The notes beneath the pieces were generated by a model that saw only the letters and a list, made by a program, of their open reading frames with translations, searched no databases and was not told the origin of the DNA. Shown piece after piece: positions 56,005 to 64,000 of a DNA stretch of 64,000 nt. This DNA comes from Lytechinus pictus (taxonomy: Eukaryota). The stretch is from positions 26,970,001-27,034,000 of the forward strand of contig NC_087245.1 in the NCBI RefSeq assembly GCF_037042905.1. Direction: 5' to 3'. The translations under genes were made by a program, and so were the position numbers. Positions within the stretch are counted from its first letter, which is position 1. Each line of letters begins with the position of its first letter.

Positions 56005-58560
56005 TCATTATAGCAGTATTACAAAAAATCGACTTCTAATTGCCTCTTGAAAAAATCACAAATGTGGTTCGAATCCACAGATTTTAACCATGGTATATGC
56101 AGATTTCATGAGTTGGATATGCTTAATTTATCCTGCATAATGAGAAACTATTCAATTATGAACAGATGTTGTCTTATAGCATTGCCAATTCATGTTTTTT
56201 TTTTTTTGGAAATCATTGTTGCCATTCAGGGGCCTAGTAATGGTTTTGATAATGGTGGGCTGAGCCAAAAGTGGGGGGGGGGGCTGGCCATGCAAGAATC
56301 GCAATCAGATGTTAATTTTTATGTGTTTTTTTTTACACGGTTTCAGAAAAAAGTGGGAGGGGGGCTGCAGCCCATCCATGCCCCCCCCCACTTTTTTCCA
56401 ACAGTGGATTAAAAAAATTAGTCATTAATAGTCATAGCAACAAGCATGGGTTTAGCACACGTGTGCATTCATTATTCATGAAGTTAGTGTAATTCATGAA
56501 ATACATGTATGCATTAACCAAGGAGCCCAACCACCTTCGTGTTCAAATCTGTTTTCTTAATGTTTTGCAATCTCTCTCTCTCTCTCTCTCTTACTTCAAT
56601 AAAAGATGGGATATTTAAAGTGTTTAATACTGAAGAAATAAAGAGAAATGGCATACCTATAGTAGTAGATTTATTTATGTTTTATTGCTAAGGTCCACAA
56701 TTAAATCAAAATCATCACAGCATCACATATGCTTCCATTCCAAATATTGGTCATTACACAATCAGGGTAAACAAGTTTTAAAAGACACTTGAACATTGTT
56801 GCCTTTAATTCAAGCACATCACCTTACAATTTTACACTCATTAATTTGGAAATGTTATAATAAGACACCCATAACAAAATTATGTGGCATATCTTATAGT
56901 TTATACAATACTTAGCAGACATCCTGTTCAGCCTTTTTCGTATAAGTATTCAAGAACCATCCCTAAACGGTGACAGACATTTGCTCCCGCCTGCAACATT
57001 TGCTCTAGACTTAATACCTCAGAGGGCATATGGTTAAAGTTGGCATTGTAATAGAGTTTTGGGTTCAGAATAATGCAAAGATAATGATTATGGTTTATTC
57101 AGTATTGGAGGTTTGGTTTTATGTTGGGCTTAATGTGCAGATTTTCTATCAGAGCAATTGACTCTAGAGTAATTGTCGCCGGAGCAAATGTCATGGAACC
57201 CCATAAACAACTTCAAAACAAAACTAAATACACATCTATTACAATAATTCTATGCTAAAAAAAAATCAACAATTTTACGACGCTTTTCAACCTGCTGTCC
57301 AAACAAACAAGGAACTTCAATTTGTTTTGTGGTAAATATCAAAGTACTACTTGATTGTCGTGTAAAAAATGACAACCAACAAAAACAGGTTTTCCATAGA
57401 TGAATTAGGGGTGTGTCATGGATGACACAACATTTTCACCTTTCATTTACCCATACTCAAAAACATTTTTGGTTGGTTACCAGTTTTTCACATCACTACC
57501 CACTTTAACTTTATCGTTGACAAAAGGAAAGTTTCATTGCTTAAGCATTCAACTAAGAGACTATAAATTGTTGTCAAAATGTCCCGTACGACACGTATGG
57601 AAGTGCCCTAATAACAATCATTTTAGGAGTAACACGTAACAGAGTATATACTTTAGTGAATGGTTTTTGCACTCAATCTATTATTATCATAATTATTATC
57701 ATTATTACTACAGTGAAATAGGAAGACTGGAATTGAAAAGACACCAAGTGTGATTCCTCCTACTCTGCTAAAACTCTTGTAAATGGGCATAAAACCCCCC
57801 AAAAATATACAATGGGAGAAATAAGTTTCTAAACCATGTAATTCTTCTATCTCAATTTCAAAACTAATTGCTGTCTCATTAGATTTTTTCAGAAGTTGGT
57901 GAAAATTCATTCCTTACAATGAGAATCAAATGTTTAAATATTAAACTCTCTAACGCAGTGGCCTTTTCTCTCAATGCACCAAAAACAGGTGCAAAAGCAT
58001 TCTAAGAATCTACCTTATTTTAACCAGTGAATCACTATGAAAACCTGGCTTTCAGTGATTATGAGTATGACAAAAGTATATCCATTAGTATTTGGTTTTC
58101 TGTGCATATAAACCCCTAAAAAATTCTGCAACCCAAAGTTTGAGGGATGATATCCTTTTTTTTTAGTGAAGTAGGCCTATTCAAAACTTGTGAATACGGT
58201 ATCACAGGAAAGCTTCATTATTCCTCTTTACCATGATGTGTCGTCAAATGTGCAGTTACCCAGAATATAGGGCAAAGTCAGAAGTGAAAATGCAAAAAGC
58301 ATTATTTTCTAATCAGAGTCTCCATTTCTTTAAAGAATTTGCCCATGCAGGTGACAGTGAATGTTTTTGAAAAATGTCTGGTGAATGGTGCTATCTTTAA
58401 AGAATGAGATGTTTGAATGCTATTCAGGTGGTTATTATGCATAAAACGTGAATTTTGAGTAAATTAATTATGCCCTTTAATCTTAAAGATCTGTCCTCAT
58501 TAGTGCGTGTTTGAGGTAAAAATGTCATTATAGGAGTGGTGGTTTGTAACATGTTTCAAT

Positions 58561-59150
58561 ATGCCTTGCTTATCAAATTCCTCAAGGCCCAAGCGATTGG
58601 ACTGCTCCAAGTAAGAATACCCCCAAAAGATGTTGTGATTCAATTTGGGGTGGGCAAAAGTACCATACAAAGATTGCGTGCAAAATTCCTGGAATTTGGG
58701 AAAGTTAAAAGTATTTCACAGAGAAGATGTCCTGTCACATAACACTAAAACATGGTGACAGAGATTAAGTCAAGAAAGCCCTGAAAGCAACAAAAAGATG
58801 AATGCATAAAACAGTTCAGTAGATATAAGAAGGAATTCCCAAAGTGAATACATGATTGCTGGAGACACCAACCTGCAAGCTTTTACCAAGAGCACAGATC
58901 GCAAGCAAAGAGTACACTGGTTATCTGTGGTAACCATATGGGGTTCTTTAATTCCCGATACCTGGAAAGGCATAGGAAAAATTGTGAACAAAAATTCTAC
59001 CAAAGGCTATGATGTTCCTGCTGGGATTAAGTTTGTTCAAGGGGTACCACTCTATCTCCTTGGTTTGTTGAAATCACTATGACTTCACACCACCAAGCAA
59101 TGGATATTGTACAATGCCTACTTAGCTTGTTGTATGCGAGCAAATGGGAG
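58561..59150 (+). mobile_element. Degenerate Tc1-like transposase relic
   Basis: HTH-like AQAIGLLQ...KDVVIQFGVGKSTIQRLRAKF at 58585-58700, stops and frameshifts, and a C-terminal CMRANG at ~59130-59150 resembling Tc1 C..ANGG.T.Y. Confidence 0.65.
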
Positions 59151-59261
59151 GCTGAATGTCAAACATTTGTTCCATTGCACAAAAGACGTACCATCCAAAA
59201 TGTACCGTTGCACGGCTTTAGGAGGTGACGTCACAATACGATTTAATCCATTGCACTCAGT

Positions 59262-60225
59262 AACAAGTGGAATGCCTCTGGCCGTCTCACCTGCATCACG
59301 CGATTCAATATAGCAGCAGTGCTGATTTTGAAAACTACTATAACTCGCACAAGATGTTCAGTGATACTTGGTTACTCTTATTTCCACGTTTTATGAACTA
59401 GACCAATACACTTACAGAGATATGATGGCAATTCAACAAATACCCCCAACGTGGCCAAAGTTCTTTGACCTTACATGACCTTTGACCTTGATCATGTGAC
59501 CTGAAACTCGCACAGGATGTTCAGTGATACTTGATTACTCTTATGTCCAAGTTTTATGAACTAGACCAACACACTTTCAAATTTATGGCTGTAATTCAAC
59601 AAATACCCCAATTTGGCCAAAGTTCATTGACCCTAAATGACCTTTGACCTTGATCATGTGACCTGAAACTTGCACAGGATGTTCAGTAATACTTGATTAC
59701 TATTATGTCCAAGTTTCATGAATCAGATCCATAAACTTTCAAAGTTATGATGGTAATTCAACAGATACCCCCAATTCGGCCAAAGTTCATTGACCCTAAA
59801 TGACCTTTGACCTTGGTCATGTGACGTGAAACTCATGCAGGATGTTCAGTGATACTTGATTAACCTTATGTATAAGTTTCATGAACTAGGTCCATATATT
59901 TTCTAAGTTATGATGACATTTCAAAAACTTAACCTTAGGTTAAGATTTTGATGTTGATTCCCCCAACATGGTCTAAGTTCATTGACCCTAAATGACCTTT
60001 GACCTTGGTCATGTGACATGAAACTCAGGCAGGATGTTCAGTAATACTTGATTAACCTTATGGCCAAGTTTCATGAACTAGGTCCATATACTTTCTAAGT
60101 TATGCTGTCATTTCAAAAACTTAACCTCAGGTTAAGATTTGGTGTTGACGCCGCCGTCGCCGCCGCCGTCGCCGTCGGAAAAGCGGCGCCTATAGTCTCA
60201 CTCTGCTATGCAGGTGAGACAAAAA
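59262..60225. mobile_element. Non-autonomous element with internal ~160-190-bp tandem repeats (HINE/DINE-1-like architecture)
   Basis: Subterminal inverted repeat GTCTCACCTGCAT (59284-59296) / ATGCAGGTGAGAC (60208-60220), 3' hairpin, (GCC)n tract, TGACCTTTGACC units at 59477, 59638, 59801 and 59993. Confidence 0.7.
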
Positions 60226-60439
60226 TGAAGGTGCAATACGCGTATAAGCCTGCTGGCTAAATGCGCAATGCTCCCCAAGTTCATGTGCGCTTGTGGGATT
60301 TTGCTTTTTGCTCCCTTTTCATAGATTACTACAGGGATAAACTATTGTTTTTTTATACGCCTCGTTGAATAGAGCATCTTTCTTTCACCTCAAGCGAAAT
60401 CTCGCACCATCGCACTCATGCCTATTCGCTATCTGTATA

Positions 60440-60527
60440 AAAGAGGATGGCAAGAACTGGAATCCATCATACTTCCTAACTGATATTTCTGAAAGAGAAA
60501 TCAAAGCAACTGAAGCAACATTTCCAG
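60440..60527 (+). mobile_element. MULE-type transposase relic
   Basis: Reads NWNPSYFLTDISEREIKATEATFP, resembling the MULE motif W.P..FMTD....EI.A....FP; recognised from memory only. Confidence 0.5.
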
Positions 60528-61565
60528 GTGAATAACTCGACTGTGTGCAATAGCAAAATGGTCTAATGTGAGATCTAGATCTGGTCTGAAACCTTTGGTG
60601 AAATTTGTGATCAAGAAGTATGAAGACATCAGCAGGGTTCCAGGTTTCTGAAAGGATCAGAACGATTACAAGAAGGTTCTTGCGGTAAGAATGTATAAGT
60701 CCCAAGTCTGTTAAAAGTAACCAAGAGAGATAGCTGTAAATGTCATTAAATTAGAATGTGCAGGGTTTTAGCTCAGCTGAGCTGAATAGTTTTTAAAAGT
60801 GAGCGTTAATGGTCGCTCTTCATCCTGCATCCATAAAACTCTTTGCCATTCAGTCTTCCTCACAATCCTTCTGATGGGCAATTCCATGAATTATATAGGA
60901 CATGGGGCCAAAGTTTGCATTTTGAAGGCTCAATGCTCCAGTAATAAACCTGTTGAAGACGAGTCCTGAGTATAATTGGGCTGGTGTCTATGGGAAATGT
61001 GTATTATAGCATAATCAGCTCGCCTTCAACGGGAGAGGGCTATCATTGCCACCTTCATTTCACTCTGACACATATCTGTTAAGTAGAACCATCGTTTTGT
61101 TGCCGTTGTTCAAGCTGAGGGGGAGGGTGGCTGGAACCCATCCCCTACCTACAGCTATAAAGTGCATTTGTGTAGAGCCCCCCTCCCCCCAAAAATAAAC
61201 TTACTTACAAATATGATGACGGTCACACTTTTTCCTGTCAGATAAGATTTGCAGACCTGCCAACCTCTGGGAATAAAAAAGTGTATTCTGTGATTTTAAA
61301 AAAAAGTGTATTTTTCCAAAAAAAATGTATTTCATAATAAAATGTGTGGCGCACTCGCTCATCGTGGCGCTCAAGCTGCATGCAAGCTAAAATGCGCACT
61401 GCTCTTGCAGATGAAAAAAAAAAAAAAGCATTTAAACATGTGTATATCTCACCCTGGTTTTAACAAAATGATTGAAAAAAAAAAAAAGTTACCTAAAATT
61501 ACATTGATCTAATAACCATATTTGTGTAAGTTTTATGAAATAGAGACATATAGATGACTTTTCTC

Positions 61566-61602
<37 letters not shown>

Positions 61603-61612
<10 letters not shown>

Positions 61613-62061
61613 AGGGTAGAAGCAGTACGCAAGCCCTTGCAACAACCGTATAACGGTCCCTTCAAAGTCTTGAAGAAGAATAGCAAATTCTTCAACCTGG
61701 ACATAGGGGGCAAGCGCGAAACGGTGAGTGTTAACCAGTTGAAAGTTGCGTATATAGAAGAGCGAGCTGATGGCGATGCACTTATTTCTGAGAAAGCGCC
61801 AGCGAACTACGCCGCAGCTTCGAAAACCAGTCCGTCAACTGCAAAAATGTTCATTGGCCTAAACGATAAATGGCAGTTGGTTAGTTCACAATTTGTAATT
61901 GTGATAATATGTCAATATACAATTTGTACTTCATTGTAAATCGTAATTTAGTTGTAATTCGTAATTGTAACATATTTTGTAATTGTAATATATTTTGTAC
62001 CACTTTATATACTCCCTGTGTGTGAAAACGTTTACAACTTCATTACTAAGGGGGGATTTTT
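61603..62061 (+). mobile_element. Ty3/Gypsy integrase C-terminal fragment and polypurine tract
   Basis: IFVRVEAVRKPLQQPYNGPFKVLKK...TVSVNQLK (GPY/F module); PPT AAGGGGGGA at 62048-62056. Confidence 0.8.
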
Positions 62062-63078
62062 TGTAGCGACCAAAATAATTTAATTAACCCTATTCTTAGT
62101 TTTGTCTAATTAAAGACACACTAGTTTCTTTTGCCGCCGTTTTAGATACGTCACAATCTTTACAAAACGTATCACTTATAATTTCCTCCGCTGACTAAGT
62201 AGTCCAGCTATGATATATTTTTATTATTGCTTAAAAATAACAGTGAAGTATTTGTATATATTAAAAATAAGATTACATGATATATCAATTGTTTTAACAT
62301 ATTTATTTATTACCTACCCTCTCATTCGGAAGCCCTGATTTATTTTATTAAAATATTCCAATAACTTATGTCAGGCAAGCCCTTCCGGGAAGGCGCGTTT
62401 AGCGTCACTTGCAGCTAATTAGTCATCGGGAAAGGTGGACGCTGACCGTACAGTATACGTCTTCGATATAAATCGATGTTCTGTTTGTACGTGGCAAGGC
62501 ATTTTAATTAATCAGCCAAGGTACGTTATTTTATATTAAATGATTATGTGATGATGATGATGATAAAGTATGTTGTATTATGATGTTTTATGGCAGTTAG
62601 CTATTTAATTCCGAGTTATATTTGATTTACTTTGATTTACCTGATATGTGATCGATCGACCGCCTTTACATTTTTTGGGCGTGGCACTGAACTAGTGCCT
62701 GGTATTATTTATTGTCGATTAATATGTAACTGGTATCTATTATTGTTGATCGTAATGAAAATGAAAGTTGTACCTTAACGATGTTTAATTTACCTGTTGT
62801 ATATATCGTAAAAGATAAAGATAAAGATTGAGAAGTTTTATAAATTTTAATTTTGACCAAATCTATGCGGCAGAACGATCAATTTATTGTCATGCGGTAC
62901 TCGCAAAATTTAGGGTACAAGTTAATTTCTTGAAACTTTTTGAATTATTAGTCTCGAGTGTCAGACTTAATTATGTGGTTTGTCTTGATTTACTTTTTTG
63001 ACTCTGTTAACTTAGAAAATAAAACTCGTGTATTTCATAATTTATTAAATTTATTTGTATTTTTAGCCACGTACTACA
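62062..63078 (+). mobile_element. Probable 3' LTR of the Gypsy element
   Basis: Starts TGTAG just after the PPT, ends CTACA (inverted termini), AATAAA near 63018; the second LTR is not in the window. Confidence 0.65.
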
Positions 63079-63694
63079 AATGCGGTCCGCCATCCGAGTT
63101 CCGAGCTGCTTTCTGCACCTGTAGGTGTAAATCATATTTTTACCGCCCCATGACCAGGGTGAGTGTAGCTTACTTAATGGATAATGTGAAGTATTTTTAT
63201 GTGATTCAATTAAGAACCAATAAATTATATCGATAGTTATTTCATTTGGCATTGTGATCGATTATAGATTTTTTATCGATTTGTATATCGATTCAGATAT
63301 TCTTAAAAAATATATATATATAAAATTTAATTTCATTATGATATCAATTATACAATTTAATTGATTGATAATATATTTGTTGCATATGGTGAAATTTCAT
63401 ATCCATGTGCTAGTTATTTAATTTTTGATTCATTAATTGAATATCGACTTCGAATTTATCTGACTGCATTCTTTACAGAAATATATTATCTTTTCATAAA
63501 TGCCATTCATACTGTAATTTAATTCAATATGTTAGTAATTATATGAATCGGTACTTATCGTGTTTTTGTTTGTATTTCTGTACAATGCAGGGGTTTCTTT
63601 TCTCCTATATTAAAAGTCGTCAATCTAGCACTTGACTCCTGTGTTTTTCTGTCGGGTGCATTTCTGAATCGAGGAATCTGCTCGGTTTCTTCAG

Positions 63695-64000
63695 ACCCAT
63701 ATAAAAACACAGTACTGTTTTCATATGGGGCCCAGATGGGCCATGTGGGGTTTACATGGGTTTTATGTGGGCTTGCCCAGATTTTCCCCATATGAAACCC
63801 ACATGGCCCACATATAAAAACACAGTATTGTTTCATATGGGGCCCAGATGGGCCATGTGGGGTTTACATGGGTTTCATATGTGGGCTTAACCAGATTTTC
63901 CCCATATGAAACCCACATGGGACCCATATAAAAACACAGTATTGTTTTCATATGGGGCCCAGATGGGCCATGTGGGGTTTACATGGGTTTCATATGTGGG
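63695..64000. repeat. ~115-bp tandem repeat running off the window end
   Basis: CATATAAAAACACAGTA...GGGGCCCAGATGGGCCATGTGGGGTTTACATGGG occurs three times. Confidence 0.9.

Noticed and set aside
56670-58250. Possible 3' UTR of a convergent minus-strand gene (TTTATT near 56681)
   Set aside because: No coding exon was found to support it, and the motif is common in AT-rich DNA.
60385-60705. 106-aa minus-strand ORF
   Set aside because: No recognisable features; the opposite strand carries the MULE-like motif.

Overview
AT-rich animal genomic DNA, most likely a sea urchin (inferred from the tRNA-derived SINE and MITE families and the intron-rich gene structure; not provable here). One large + strand gene fills most of the window (ATG 6709 to TAG 53661). 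I assembled it by hand from AG/GT sites into 53 in-frame coding exons (about 7.2 kb CDS, about 2,410 aa if all are included). The ORF track misses most of it because many exons are only 24-87 nt. Every intron except one is phase 1. Predicted protein order: signal peptide; Gly/Arg/Lys/Ser/Glu-rich micro-exon modules; domain 1; a recently tandem-duplicated array of alternating Ser/acidic and Gly/basic micro-exons with dead, rescued and deleted copies; domain 2; more micro-exons; domains 3-5; about 30 copies of an acidic EPPPAETEAPAT mucin-like repeat ending in RGDSP; domains 6-9; a short heptad-repeat tail. The ~140-aa domains look like divergent FAMeT-like (Methyltransf_FA) modules, clearest in domains 6-9. 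The introns and the last 6 kb carry many non-autonomous DNA transposons, SINEs, CR1-type LINE fragments, Tc1 and MULE transposase relics, a Helentron-associated-like element, a Gypsy 3' end with its LTR, and tandem repeats. There is a 162-N gap at 31516-31677. The gene model is an ab initio manual reading with no transcript or database support.
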